DNA from: Bacilli bacterium | GTDB taxonomy: Bacteria; Bacillota_I; Bacilli_A; RF39; UBA660 | Length of the DNA: 62,144 nt | Direction: 5' to 3' | Assembly: GCA_017510225.1 (NCBI GenBank) | Contig: JAFWNS010000043.1 | Span: forward strand, 1 to 62,144 | In this document: one piece after another, positions 53,016 to 62,144 of the stretch | Layout of the letters: each line of letters begins with the position of its first letter | Position numbering within the stretch: the first letter of the stretch is position 1 | Translations under genes and position numbers: made by a program | The notes under the pieces: generated by a model | What the model was told of the DNA's origin: nothing | The model's database searches: none | The model's input: only the letters and a program-made list of their open reading frames with translations

Positions 53016-53366
53016 TTAATCAATCTCCTTTTTCATAACTTTTTCTTCTTTAGGAGAAGAAATATATTTATTGAATGCTGAATCTTCAAAAGAATCAATA
53101 TAATATTTCAACATATCATCACTTAGTTTTCGTCTATTCTCTTTGTTTATATCACTCTTAAATACAATTAAATCTGTATCATTATTTAATTCATCATCCA
53201 TAGAATCTACAAAAGCTAAAGGTTCTCCTGTACAAAATTCATTTACTTTATTAAAAGATATACCTTCAGGTAATACATTAATAATAACATTGTCTAAAAA
53301 ACTAATTACATCGATACCATTAACATTAGCTTTCTTATAAACTTTTACTTTATATAAGTTAAACAT
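53016..53366 (-). CDS. Hypothetical protein
   Basis: 116-aa ORF abutting the downstream gene. No family recognised. Confidence 0.4.
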   Translation of the reverse strand: MFNLYKVKVYKKANVNGIDVISFLDNVIINVLPEGISFNKVNEFCTGEPLAFVDSMDDELNNDTDLIVFKSDINKENRRKLSDDMLKYYIDSFEDSAFNKYISSPKEEKVMKKEID

Positions 53367-53380
53367 AATATCACTTCTTT

Positions 53381-54583
53381 CTAATCTTTAACTTCATAAT
53401 CGCTTTTATATATTAATCTTATCATAGAATAAGTATCAATTACTAGGTCTGTATCTAAATAAATATAATAAATATTATCTGGATGTCTCGCAACATCAAT
53501 TTCTTCCATATCTTCTGTATATATTTTTTCTATATTAAAGATAATATTATCCCCTTTAGGAGTAAATAATTCTACTTTATCTTCTAATTTAAAATAATTT
53601 CTTTCATATATTTTTAATAATTTATTCTTCTTATCATAAGAAATTACTTGTCCTAAATAATCTTGATTAGATTCTTCTTTTCTACCAGTATAGTATTGAT
53701 CGGTATAATCTGCTTCTTTTAAGAAATATTGAGAACTAACTTCTCTATTAGCTACTCTACTTAATCTTTCTTCATAAATATTAAGTTTTTCTTCAGTTAA
53801 ATTATTATCATAATAATCATCTATTATCTTACGATAAGTACCAATTACGGTAGCTAGATAGTATAAAGATCTCATTCTTCCTTCTACTTTTAAACTAACT
53901 ACTCCAATATCTATTAAATCACTAATATATCTAGCCATATTTAAATCTTTAGTAGCCATAGTAAATTCTTTATTATCTTTATTTATAAAACTAAATCTAC
54001 ATACTTGAGCACATCCACCCCTATTAGCATCTCTATTAGTTACATAGTTAGATAGTGCACATCGACCACTAAAACAAGTACACATAGCTCCATGTATAAA
54101 TACTTCTATATCTACCCCAACTTTATCTATAATTTCTTTTATTTCAGATTTAGAAAGTTCACGAGCAAGTACTACTCTATCAATACCTTCATCTTTAAAA
54201 TATTTAACTGTCTCATAATTAGTAGTAGAGTTCTGTGTAGATAAATGAACCTCTACATCAAAATTTTCTTTTATATAAGAAATAATACATGGATCACTAA
54301 CTATAAAAGCATCTATTCCAGCATCCACTACTTCTTTTATATAATCTTCTACTTCATCTATATCTTCGTTATGAAATACTATATTTAAAGTTAAATAAAC
54401 TTTTTTATTAAGTTTATGAGCAAACTTACATCCTTCTTTAATTTCATCAATACTAAAATTAGTTGCATTAGCACGTAATCCAAATCTTTCTCCACCTATA
54501 TATACTGCATCTGCACCATATAATAAAGTAACTTTTAATCTCTCTAAGTCTCCTGCAGGAGATAATAACTCTACTTTTTTCAT
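53381..54583 (-). CDS. Peptidase U32 family protein (YrrO/RlhA-like)
   Basis: The N-terminus ELLSPAG.LE.L......GADAVY.GG..FGLRA and the Cys-rich segment HGAMC..FSGRC.LS are typical of U32. Confidence 0.8.
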   Translation of the reverse strand: MKKVELLSPAGDLERLKVTLLYGADAVYIGGERFGLRANATNFSIDEIKEGCKFAHKLNKKVYLTLNIVFHNEDIDEVEDYIKEVVDAGIDAFIVSDPCIISYIKENFDVEVHLSTQNSTTNYETVKYFKDEGIDRVVLARELSKSEIKEIIDKVGVDIEVFIHGAMCTCFSGRCALSNYVTNRDANRGGCAQVCRFSFINKDNKEFTMATKDLNMARYISDLIDIGVVSLKVEGRMRSLYYLATVIGTYRKIIDDYYDNNLTEEKLNIYEERLSRVANREVSSQYFLKEADYTDQYYTGRKEESNQDYLGQVISYDKKNKLLKIYERNYFKLEDKVELFTPKGDNIIFNIEKIYTEDMEEIDVARHPDNIYYIYLDTDLVIDTYSMIRLIYKSDYEVKD

Positions 54584-55422
54584 TTTATCACCCTATATAT
54601 AGTATTTTTAAAGAAGAATCCAGTATTATCACCTAGTTTTTCATATTTAGAAACATATTCTTTATCCTTACACTCATTAGAAATATATTCTTTAGTATCT
54701 TGAACTAATTCTAAGAAATCATCTATTTCTCTCATTAAAATATAAGAAGTACCACTATTATATAAATCTTCAATTAGACCAGTACCATTTAATACTTCAT
54801 CCAAAATAAATCCAGTACCAGCCTTCTCTTCTTTAACCAAATATTTTTTATTAGTAACTTTCTCTAACACTTCTAAATCTTTAAAATTACTATTGTTATC
54901 TTTATTATAATTAGTTACTAATTTTCTTCTACTAAAACCAACACTAGGTAAGCTAACTACCTCTACTATTGTATTAATATTAGATAATTTATTTATAGTT
55001 TTAATCTCATCTAAAGTAATTTCTTTAGAAACAAGTGCATACTTAACACCTTTATCATAATAATAATTACAAGTCTTATAATTATTAACCATATGAGTCT
55101 GACTCCATACTAAGTCTATATCTAATTCTAATTCTTTAACTAATTGTAATACACATATATCATAAAACATAACTTTCACATTTAATTTAGATAATTCTAT
55201 TAATATATCTTTTAAAGAATCTATCTCATCATTAAATATATTTTTATCTATTTTTATAAACATTTCTAAGTCTTTATACTTATTAGATAATTCTTTTATT
55301 TCATCTACATCATAAACTACATTGTTAAACACAGAAAAACTATGAAGTCCTATAACAACTCCATCTATATAGTCAACATAATCATTAATATTTTTCTTAT
55401 TTAACTCAGTAATTAGTTTCAT
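54580..55422 (-). CDS. Peptidase U32 family protein (YrrN-like partner)
   Basis: 4-nt overlap with the YrrO-like gene, with conserved yrrM-yrrN-yrrO synteny. Sequence motifs are weaker here. Confidence 0.55.
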   Translation of the reverse strand: MKLITELNKKNINDYVDYIDGVVIGLHSFSVFNNVVYDVDEIKELSNKYKDLEMFIKIDKNIFNDEIDSLKDILIELSKLNVKVMFYDICVLQLVKELELDIDLVWSQTHMVNNYKTCNYYYDKGVKYALVSKEITLDEIKTINKLSNINTIVEVVSLPSVGFSRRKLVTNYNKDNNSNFKDLEVLEKVTNKKYLVKEEKAGTGFILDEVLNGTGLIEDLYNSGTSYILMREIDDFLELVQDTKEYISNECKDKEYVSKYEKLGDNTGFFFKNTIYRVIK

Positions 55423-55473
55423 GCAACACCTCAGTCGTATTATACAATAATTAATAAAAAAAAGATAGTAAAA

Positions 55474-56073
55474 CTATCCTTTTATACTTACAGAAATACC
55501 ATCACCTAGATCATAAAACTCTGTATAAAAATTTTTATTTTTCTTTAAAAACTCTTTATATTCTTTAATTTTTCTAACTAACGCTCTAACATTTCTATTC
55601 TTAATATCTTCTTCATCTTTAAATACTAATCCATGAAAGTTTAAATTATCAGTAATAATAGCTCCTCCATCATTTAAGTTTTTCTCAAACATTTTAAAGA
55701 ATTTCATATTTTGAGCTTTAGCTGCATCTATAAATATTAAATCATAATTATCTTCTAATTTAACATTAGCAGCATCATTATAAATCAATGTAATTCTATC
55801 TTCTAAATTTAATTTCTTAATATTATTTAAAGCTTCTAAATATCTTTTTTCATCCCTCTCTATAGTAGTAACTTTAACATTAGGACTACAAAGACACATC
55901 ATAATAGCAGAATACCCTACTGCAGTACCTATTTCTAATATATTTTTAACTTGTTTTTTTATTATATAATTAGTTATAAAATTAATTCCATCATCCATAA
56001 TAATAGGCACTTTATTATTTAAAGCATCTTCTCTTATTTTTTTAACCATCGAATACTTTTCTACCATATCCAA
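55474..56073 (-). CDS. SAM-dependent O-methyltransferase (YrrM/TrmR-like)
   Basis: SAM-binding motif ILEIGTAVGYSA and the acidic motif LIFIDAAK. Synteny supports the call. Confidence 0.75.
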   Translation of the reverse strand: MDMVEKYSMVKKIREDALNNKVPIIMDDGINFITNYIIKKQVKNILEIGTAVGYSAIMMCLCSPNVKVTTIERDEKRYLEALNNIKKLNLEDRITLIYNDAANVKLEDNYDLIFIDAAKAQNMKFFKMFEKNLNDGGAIITDNLNFHGLVFKDEEDIKNRNVRALVRKIKEYKEFLKKNKNFYTEFYDLGDGISVSIKG

Positions 56074-57143
56074 TCACCCTTTTCTTTAAGTTCTTTTACT
56101 TTCTTATCATGTTCAGCCATAGTTTTTGTATAATATATTTTTCCATGTTTATCCGCAACAAAGAATAGATAATCATTAGCTGTTGGATTTAAACTAGCTT
56201 TAATACTAGATATACCTGGATTACATATAGGTCCAACTGGCATTTTTCCATTCATAGTTTTACTTCTAGTATTATATGGATTAACTGTTTCAAATTGTTT
56301 AGCAGTTAAATCACTAGTCATAGGATATTGTAATGCATAGTAAGTAGTAACATCACTACCTAAATTCATATTTTTCTTTAATCTATTATTAAATATACCT
56401 ACAATCATCTTCCTATTAGTAGTATTAGTACCTTCTAATTCTACAATAGAAGCCATAGTAATATAATGATGTACTCTATTACCTAAAGTACTCTTATAAG
56501 GAGTAAGTTTTCTATTTGTTTCATTTAGCATTTTTTCTATAATTTCTTTTACAGAAATCTTACTACTCTTAAATTCATATGTATCTGGGAATAAGTATCC
56601 TTCTAATGGATAATAAATATCATTATTTAAAATACTATCATCTAAGAACCAATATTTATTTATTAATTCTTTAGTATAAGTTTTATCATTAAGTACACTA
56701 ATAACATCTTCATATGTATTAGTAGTATGAGCCGCAATCTTTCTAGCATAATCGGTTACCCTTAAGCCTTCTTTAAAGGTTATTCTAATATGATCTGGAT
56801 TATAATGATTTCCATCATGTAATATATCTATTATTTTATTCATAGACATACTTCTATTTAATACATATTTAGAAGCTTTTAAACTTCTTCTTCCAGTACA
56901 AGTAGCAGCAACATGAAATAAAAATTTACTTCTAATTAATTTTTTTCTCTTTAGAGTATCTGCAATATCAGATACACCAGAACCTTTAGGAATAACTATT
57001 ATAATATCATTTTTATCTGAAGGATCCATTGGTCTACCTACAAAACTATAAATACCAGCAAGTAGCAACAAAAAACTCCCCAATACTATAAGTATTGCGG
57101 CAAAAGATTTATATTTAAATTTAAGTTTCTTTTTTACTGCCAT
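56061..57143 (-). CDS. mltG: Endolytic murein transglycosylase MltG (YceG family)
   Basis: N-terminal TM helix, a LysM-like subdomain, and the YceG core with MASIVELEG and FPDTYEF-type motifs. Confidence 0.85.
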   Translation of the reverse strand: MAVKKKLKFKYKSFAAILIVLGSFLLLLAGIYSFVGRPMDPSDKNDIIIVIPKGSGVSDIADTLKRKKLIRSKFLFHVAATCTGRRSLKASKYVLNRSMSMNKIIDILHDGNHYNPDHIRITFKEGLRVTDYARKIAAHTTNTYEDVISVLNDKTYTKELINKYWFLDDSILNNDIYYPLEGYLFPDTYEFKSSKISVKEIIEKMLNETNRKLTPYKSTLGNRVHHYITMASIVELEGTNTTNRKMIVGIFNNRLKKNMNLGSDVTTYYALQYPMTSDLTAKQFETVNPYNTRSKTMNGKMPVGPICNPGISSIKASLNPTANDYLFFVADKHGKIYYTKTMAEHDKKVKELKEKGDWIW

Positions 57144-57170
57144 AATTAACCTCCAGAAAAAAACAAAGAG

Positions 57171-57461
57171 TTATTCTTCATTATTAGATGTAGATTGTTT
57201 TTGTACTTCTTCTTGTAATGTCTCCAAGATTGTCTCAATAACTTTCCATTCTTTTTCTGTAGTAATAGCTTCAAATTTACTATTAGGATTCTCAGGATCA
57301 TAAATTGAAGCATAAACTTGTATATTACCTTCTTCATCTTTAGTATTATCTGTATATACTATATAACTCTTTTTAGTTTCATCACTATCAAAAGTAAATA
57401 AAACATCATAAACTGTTTCTTTTCCTTTATCATCTATCATTGTAAATGTATTCTTTTTCAT
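57171..57461 (-). CDS. DUF1292 family protein (YrzB-like)
   Basis: The pattern D..GKE..Y.VLF.F......KSYIVYTD....E.G. and an acidic C-terminus. It sits between ruvX and mltG, as yrzB does. Confidence 0.7.
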   Translation of the reverse strand: MKKNTFTMIDDKGKETVYDVLFTFDSDETKKSYIVYTDNTKDEEGNIQVYASIYDPENPNSKFEAITTEKEWKVIETILETLQEEVQKQSTSNNEE

Positions 57462-57877
57462 TTTCTATTCTCCTTATCTAAATATGATTGTAATATTATA
57501 GTAGCCGCAACACTATCAACTACTTTTTTTCTATTTTTACGTGATACATTGCCACTAATTAAAATATCAGTAGCACTTTTAGTAGATAATCTTTCATCTT
57601 CTAAAAATATTGGAATAGATAACTTAGATTCTAACTTTTCTTTAAAACTTTTACTAAGTTCACCTTTAGGCCCAATAGTATTATTCATATTCTTAGGAAA
57701 CCCTAATACTATAGCATCTATATTTTCATCATTAACTATATTAACTACATCATTAACTAATCTATTATATTCTTCATTATGATTAATAGTTTTATAACTA
57801 GACGCAATTAAACCAGTCTTATCACTAATAGATATACCTAAAGTTCTACTACCTAAATCAAGTCCTAAGTATCTCAT
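57458..57877 (-). CDS. ruvX: Holliday junction resolvase-like nuclease RuvX (YqgF/YrrK)
   Basis: The N-terminus YLGLDLGSRTLGISISD and the later DERLST motif. Confidence 0.9.
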   Translation of the reverse strand: MRYLGLDLGSRTLGISISDKTGLIASSYKTINHNEEYNRLVNDVVNIVNDENIDAIVLGFPKNMNNTIGPKGELSKSFKEKLESKLSIPIFLEDERLSTKSATDILISGNVSRKNRKKVVDSVAATIILQSYLDKENRK

Positions 57878-58125
57878 TAATCCTTCTTTTGAAATTCCTT
57901 TAAAAGAACTTCTATTATCTTAGCTCTATCCACTTCTTGAATCTTATTTCTAGCATCTTTATAACTAGAAATATATCCAGGATCTCCACTAATAAGATAA
58001 CCAACTATTTGATTAATAGGATTATAACCTCGCTCTTCTAAAGCATCATAAACATCATTTAAAATAGCCTTAATAACTCCAGAATCAATTTTCTCTAAAT
58101 CAAATAAACTAGTCTTATCAGTCAT
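57877..58125 (-). CDS. IreB family regulatory phosphoprotein (UPF0297, YrzL)
   Basis: [23 protein letters not shown]....DARN.I is the hallmark UPF0297 sequence. Confidence 0.85.
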   Translation of the reverse strand: MTDKTSLFDLEKIDSGVIKAILNDVYDALEERGYNPINQIVGYLISGDPGYISSYKDARNKIQEVDRAKIIEVLLKEFQKKD

Positions 58126-58188
58126 TGTATCACCTCACTACAATTCACATATTATAATTCTAACAAAATTTTATAATAATTACAATAA

Positions 58189-59331
58189 TTAAACCATTTT
58201 AAATACAAATGCCATATATATAGCAAAAGCTAAAAATATAGCTGATATTATAAATCCATTTACTCTTTCAAAAGTACTACTTTTACCATCTACACCTAAT
58301 CCTACAGAAATAATACTACCTCCAATAAGACCACCTATATGAGCAAAATTATCTATACCTGTAAGCATAAAACCTAAAGCCAAATTTAACACTATTAATG
58401 GTAGTATTTGACTCTTAACAACATTACCTAGATAAACTCTATAATGATATCCAAAATATACTAAAGAACCCATAAGTCCAAATATAGCACCACTAGCCCC
58501 AATAGAACCAGAATCATTAAATGTCATAGATAAAAGAGAACCCATTAATCCCGCAAACAAATAAATAATAATATATTTTAACTTACCATAAAAATTTTCT
58601 ATCTGACTTCCAAGTACAAATAAAGCATAACAGTTAAATAGTAAATGAAGTACTCCTCCATGTAAGAAAATACCAGTAATTAAACGATAATATTCTCCTG
58701 CTCTAATACTATCTCCATGTACACAAAAACTATCTACAATACTAGGATAAATACCTAAAATATAAGGTATTACAAAACATAAAACATTTATACCAATAAG
58801 TATATAAGTAACAATAGGTAACTTCTCTTTAAATACCTTATTAACCTTTTCTGCATCTTTTCTATTATGTTCATTTATATCATTAGTAATTCTAGAAAAC
58901 AATTCTAATCCCTCTTCATTATAAGTTAACTTCTTAACTAAATCAGGAAAAGACTTCTTAATTAAATCACTATTATCTAAATCATTTTCACTTTCTACTT
59001 TTATATAATTAAAATTAGATACATCTTTATTAGAAACATTCTCTCCTAAATCTAAAAATATACTTAAAGAATTCATACTTAAAGATAAAGTCTTTTTCTT
59101 TATCTTTTTCATAATTCTTTTAGTTTTAAACACATCAAAATTAAATTGTTCATCATTATGTATATAATTAGATACAATTCTTACCACTTTATAATCTTCA
59201 TTTAAATTCTCTAACCAAATCTCATTATCTACACCTTGCAAAATAATAGGATTATAATTCTTCTCTGTAATAAAATAATGAAGTAATTTCATTGTCATTA
59301 TATTTTTATCATCCAATAAATCTGTATTCAT
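58189..59331 (-). CDS. Rhomboid family intramembrane serine protease
   Basis: HGG..HL.FN and GASGAIFGLMG (catalytic Ser) motifs, with His in AHIGGL. A cytoplasmic N-terminal domain is present. Confidence 0.85.
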   Translation of the reverse strand: MNTDLLDDKNIMTMKLLHYFITEKNYNPIILQGVDNEIWLENLNEDYKVVRIVSNYIHNDEQFNFDVFKTKRIMKKIKKKTLSLSMNSLSIFLDLGENVSNKDVSNFNYIKVESENDLDNSDLIKKSFPDLVKKLTYNEEGLELFSRITNDINEHNRKDAEKVNKVFKEKLPIVTYILIGINVLCFVIPYILGIYPSIVDSFCVHGDSIRAGEYYRLITGIFLHGGVLHLLFNCYALFVLGSQIENFYGKLKYIIIYLFAGLMGSLLSMTFNDSGSIGASGAIFGLMGSLVYFGYHYRVYLGNVVKSQILPLIVLNLALGFMLTGIDNFAHIGGLIGGSIISVGLGVDGKSSTFERVNGFIISAIFLAFAIYMAFVFKMV

Positions 59332-59398
59332 TAAATTTCCTCCTAAAATACTAATATTATTATACCCTAAAACATAAAATAAAGAAAGAGGTGTTATT

Positions 59399-59854
59399 AT
59401 GAAAAAAATATTATTATTTATAGGTTTATTATTACCTTGGTTTTTATCTTCTCTACTTCCAGTAGATTACAATTATTATAAAACTCTAACTCTACCATTT
59501 TTTGCTCCACCAAATATATTCTATATAATAGCTTGGAGTCTTACATATATATTTATTACTATAAGTACTTACCAAGTAATTACAAAATATAATAGTAAGG
59601 ATATACCTAAAAAATATAAAAATACTCTAATTATAAATTATATATTTAATCAAAGTTTTCAATTAGTATTCTTTATATTTAAAAATAATTTCTTAGGATT
59701 TATCTCATGCTTAGGAACATTTATATCTTTACTATTCTTAAGAAAAGAAACAAAACTACTAAACAAAAAAAGTAATAAGTACTTAATTCCTTATTTACTT
59801 CTATCTATATTTGCAACTATATTATCTCTATCTATATATTTACTTAATCTATAA
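59399..59854 (+). CDS. TspO/MBR-like membrane protein
   Basis: Five hydrophobic segments and the N-terminal pattern Y..L..P.FAPP...F.I.W..LY, reminiscent of the TspO family. Confidence 0.45.
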   Translation: MKKILLFIGLLLPWFLSSLLPVDYNYYKTLTLPFFAPPNIFYIIAWSLTYIFITISTYQVITKYNSKDIPKKYKNTLIINYIFNQSFQLVFFIFKNNFLGFISCLGTFISLLFLRKETKLLNKKSNKYLIPYLLLSIFATILSLSIYLLNL

Positions 59855-59878
59855 AAAACGTCATATTTGACGTTTTTT
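59853..59878. terminator. Bidirectional intrinsic terminator between convergent genes
   Basis: Perfect 11-bp stem AAAAAACGTCA/TGACGTTTTTT with a 4-nt loop and A/T runs on both sides. Confidence 0.7.
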
Positions 59879-60113
59879 ATTCATCATCATCTTCTTTATA
59901 AGATTTATAGAATGATACTAATAACTTATTAACAAAATCTTTATCCATAACTTCTACTAATTCATCTTCTTCTCTATAACAAAATTTAATATCACTTTCA
60001 TCAAGTAAACTAATTAGAAAATAATATGTTTGTCCTTCATATTCTGTTTTACCAGAAATAACATATTCATTTCCATTATCTAATACCACACTATCTTTTA
60101 CCTCTAACTCCAT
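59877..60113 (-). CDS. Small acidic hypothetical protein
   Basis: 78-aa ORF that shares one base with the stop of the upstream ORF. No confident family call. Confidence 0.4.
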   Translation of the reverse strand: MELEVKDSVVLDNGNEYVISGKTEYEGQTYYFLISLLDESDIKFCYREEDELVEVMDKDFVNKLLVSFYKSYKEDDDE

Positions 60114-60451
60114 TAATATCCTCCTCTTGAATGACCCATTTGTTCAAATAGTTCATCAAGTTTTTCCTCTAAGTTTGCTTTTTTCTTTAATCCTTGTAAT
60201 GCTTTACCAACTTTATAGGCAATACCTCCACCACCTGCTATCATAGCAGGAAGTACAAGTGGTGCAACATCTATTGCTGCTACAAATAAAAGTCCAACAC
60301 CAGCAGCAACTACTGCCTTACCAATACCCTTAAATTCTTTACGTGTTTTTTTCTCTTGATCATCTATTAATCTTTCATACTTTTTTATCTGTTGAATTTT
60401 ATATCTATTAGATTTATTACTAGTATTTGTAGTAGTATTACTATAATCCAT
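60113..60451 (-). CDS. Hypothetical membrane protein
   Basis: 112-aa ORF with a Gly/Ala-rich hydrophobic core (GKAVVAAGVGLLFVAAIDVAPLVLPAMIAGGGG). Confidence 0.4.
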   Translation of the reverse strand: MDYSNTTTNTSNKSNRYKIQQIKKYERLIDDQEKKTRKEFKGIGKAVVAAGVGLLFVAAIDVAPLVLPAMIAGGGGIAYKVGKALQGLKKKANLEEKLDELFEQMGHSRGGY

Positions 60452-60591
60452 AAATATACCTCCTATAATATTACACTATAATTATAACATAATACCTGGT
60501 TAATATTTATTTATTTTTTCAATACTTTACTATTTTTTACTTCTTTATTGTTTATATTATTACCTCTATAAATATAAAAAATATTACTTAT

Positions 60592-60623
60592 AAATAAAAA
60601 CAAGCATAAAACTATGCTTGTTT
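60592..60623 (-). terminator. Intrinsic terminator after the hybrid kinase gene
   Basis: 11-bp stem AAACAAGCATA/TATGCTTGTTT with a 4-nt loop, overlapping the stop codon. The downstream tract is U-rich. Confidence 0.55.
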
Positions 60624-62144
60624 CTTATAATCTTTAGCAATATTAATTACTTTAGTTAATTCTTCTTCTAATTTTTCAAAATTATCATTAACAAAATTAC
60701 TATCATTATCTTTACTCTTTAATTCGTGTTGATATGCAATATCAGCAAAATCCATAAATCCTAAGTATTTAGCATCACTCTTCATAGAATGTACTAATAC
60801 ACTATATTCTTTCATATTATTCTCTTCTTTATATTTCTTTAACTCTTCTAACTTAGAATCTATTTCACTTAAATAGTCATCCAACGTATCATTATACATT
60901 TCCATATCACCAAGTAATTCTAATGCATTATCCATATCTACACCATTATCTCTTAGATACTTCTCTCCATCAAAACTACTATCTTCTTTGGATTCTCCTT
61001 CTACTTCAGAATCAACTTCTTGTATTAAGAATTTTTCTTCTTTAGGTTCTTCTTTAACTATTTCATTTCCTAATACATTATTCATAACAGTAATAAGATC
61101 TTTTCTTTCAATTGGTTTTGGTAAATAATCATCAAAACCTTTAGCTAAATATTTTTCTCTCATACCAGTAATAGCATTAGCAGTCAATGCAACCACAGGA
61201 ATATTAAAACCTTCAATTTCCTTTAACTTTTCCAAAGTTTCAATACCACTCATTTTAGGCATCATATCATCAAGTAATATAACATCATACTTATTACCAG
61301 CATTTATTTTATCTAAGCATTCAAATCCACTCTCAACACAATCTATATCAGTAGCTCCATATTTTTCTAATAATTTATTGGCAACTTTTAAATTCAAATT
61401 ATTATCATCTACTAATAATATTTTTCTACCACTTAAATCTAAATTCTCACTATCTACTTTAGGCTTTTCTTCTATAACTTCTTCTTTTTCTATTCTTTGA
61501 TTCAACATAATAGTAAATTTACTACCTTCTCCATAAACAGTATGAACTATTATTTTACCACCCATAAGTTCAACTAATTGTTTAGTAATAGCAAGTCCTA
61601 AACCTGTTCCTTCTATAGTAGTATTCCTGTCTTCTTCTAATCTTTGGAACTTAGTAAATAGACTATCCACACTATCTTTCTTTATACCACGACCAGTATC
61701 TTCTACTGAAATAATCAATTTACAAGCGTCTTTACTTCTAATACAATTAACTTCATAATTAACATAACCTTTATCGGTATACTTATAAGCATTACTTAAT
61801 AAATTAGTAACTACCTTCTTTATACTAGCATGATCCCCATATAATACAGGAGGTAAATCTGGTGCAATATAATACTTAAAATCTAATGCTTTTTCATCCA
61901 TTTTAGGTCTAATTAATTTAGCTAGTTCTTCAAATAATTCTTTAGCATCATAATTAGAATTAACTATTTCTAATTTTCCTGCTTCTATCTTAGAAATATC
62001 CAAAATACCATTAACTATTTCAAGTAATGTAGTTGAAGCATTAACAATATCTTTAGCATTATCCTTAGCTTCATCTAAAGTTTTAGCTTCTGTAATACAA
62101 TCACTAAAACCAACTATCGCATTTAAAGGTGTTCTAATCTCATG
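60612..62144 (-). CDS. Hybrid sensor histidine kinase (HisKA-HATPase-REC-HPt), 5' end outside the window
   Basis: The reading frame stays open to the window edge. Its first codons there read HEIRTPLNAIVGF (H-box). N/G boxes follow (NLLSNAYKYT, DTGRGI, GTGLGL), then a receiver (ILLVDDN...LDDMMPKMSG...ALTANA...KP) and a C-terminal HPt-like domain (VHSMKSDAKYLG). Confidence 0.85.
   Translation of the reverse strand, partial: HEIRTPLNAIVGFSDCITEAKTLDEAKDNAKDIVNASTTLLEIVNGILDISKIEAGKLEIVNSNYDAKELFEELAKLIRPKMDEKALDFKYYIAPDLPPVLYGDHASIKKVVTNLLSNAYKYTDKGYVNYEVNCIRSKDACKLIISVEDTGRGIKKDSVDSLFTKFQRLEEDRNTTIEGTGLGLAITKQLVELMGGKIIVHTVYGEGSKFTIMLNQRIEKEEVIEEKPKVDSENLDLSGRKILLVDDNNLNLKVANKLLEKYGATDIDCVESGFECLDKINAGNKYDVILLDDMMPKMSGIETLEKLKEIEGFNIPVVALTANAITGMREKYLAKGFDDYLPKPIERKDLITVMNNVLGNEIVKEEPKEEKFLIQEVDSEVEGESKEDSSFDGEKYLRDNGVDMDNALELLGDMEMYNDTLDDYLSEIDSKLEELKKYKEENNMKEYSVLVHSMKSDAKYLGFMDFADIAYQHELKSKDNDSNFVNDNFEKLEEELTKVINIAKDYKKQA

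Noticed and set aside
53143-53340. Plus-strand 65-aa ORF
   Set aside because: It lies antisense inside the 116-aa hypothetical gene.
57146-57337. Minus-strand 63-aa ORF
   Set aside because: It is an alternative frame overlapping the DUF1292 (YrzB-like) gene, whose own frame has family-typical sequence.
57549-57782. Plus-strand 77-aa ORF
   Set aside because: It lies antisense inside ruvX.
1-62144. CRISPR arrays, rRNA genes, transposases or IS elements
   Set aside because: I saw no regularly spaced direct repeats, no rRNA-like sequence and no transposase-like ORFs anywhere in the window.

Overview
Very AT-rich window from an endospore-forming Bacillota chromosome; species not determinable from sequence alone. 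All but three CDS are on the minus strand. About 37 kb is housekeeping or sporulation DNA in Bacillus/Clostridium-like synteny. This includes tRNA-Thr/tRNA-Val, S1-domain and NifU proteins, and yutD/yunB/ylmC/sigG. It continues with trmL, an M18 aminopeptidase, rubrerythrin, ysxE/spoVID-like genes, lon and tig. A T-box-controlled gatCAB-aspS operon follows, then trpS, rmuC, greA and the yrzL-ruvX-yrzB-mltG-yrrM-yrrN-yrrO block. The right side ends with a rhomboid protease and a 5'-truncated hybrid histidine kinase. The main feature is a 25 kb, 22-ORF, single-orientation cluster at 25756-50581, between a rhodanese gene and greA. One half is a Gram-positive conjugation-type T4SS set: VirD4-like coupling ATPase, split VirB4, VirB3/PrgI-like, VirB6-like, a CHAP+lysozyme hydrolase and two VirB2-like proteins. 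The other half is a Tad/Flp-type set: CpaB-like, CpaF/TadA ATPase, TadB/TadC-like platform proteins, an unannotated 58-aa pilin-like ORF and a TadZ-like protein. The cluster also holds a class B sortase, an 845-aa cysteine-rich secreted protein and paralogous surface proteins at both ends. I found no relaxase, integrase, replication gene, prepilin peptidase, sortase substrate or flanking repeats. I read it as a candidate undescribed composite secretion/pilus machine. All family calls rest on motifs read by eye from the translations and need profile or structure searches to confirm.
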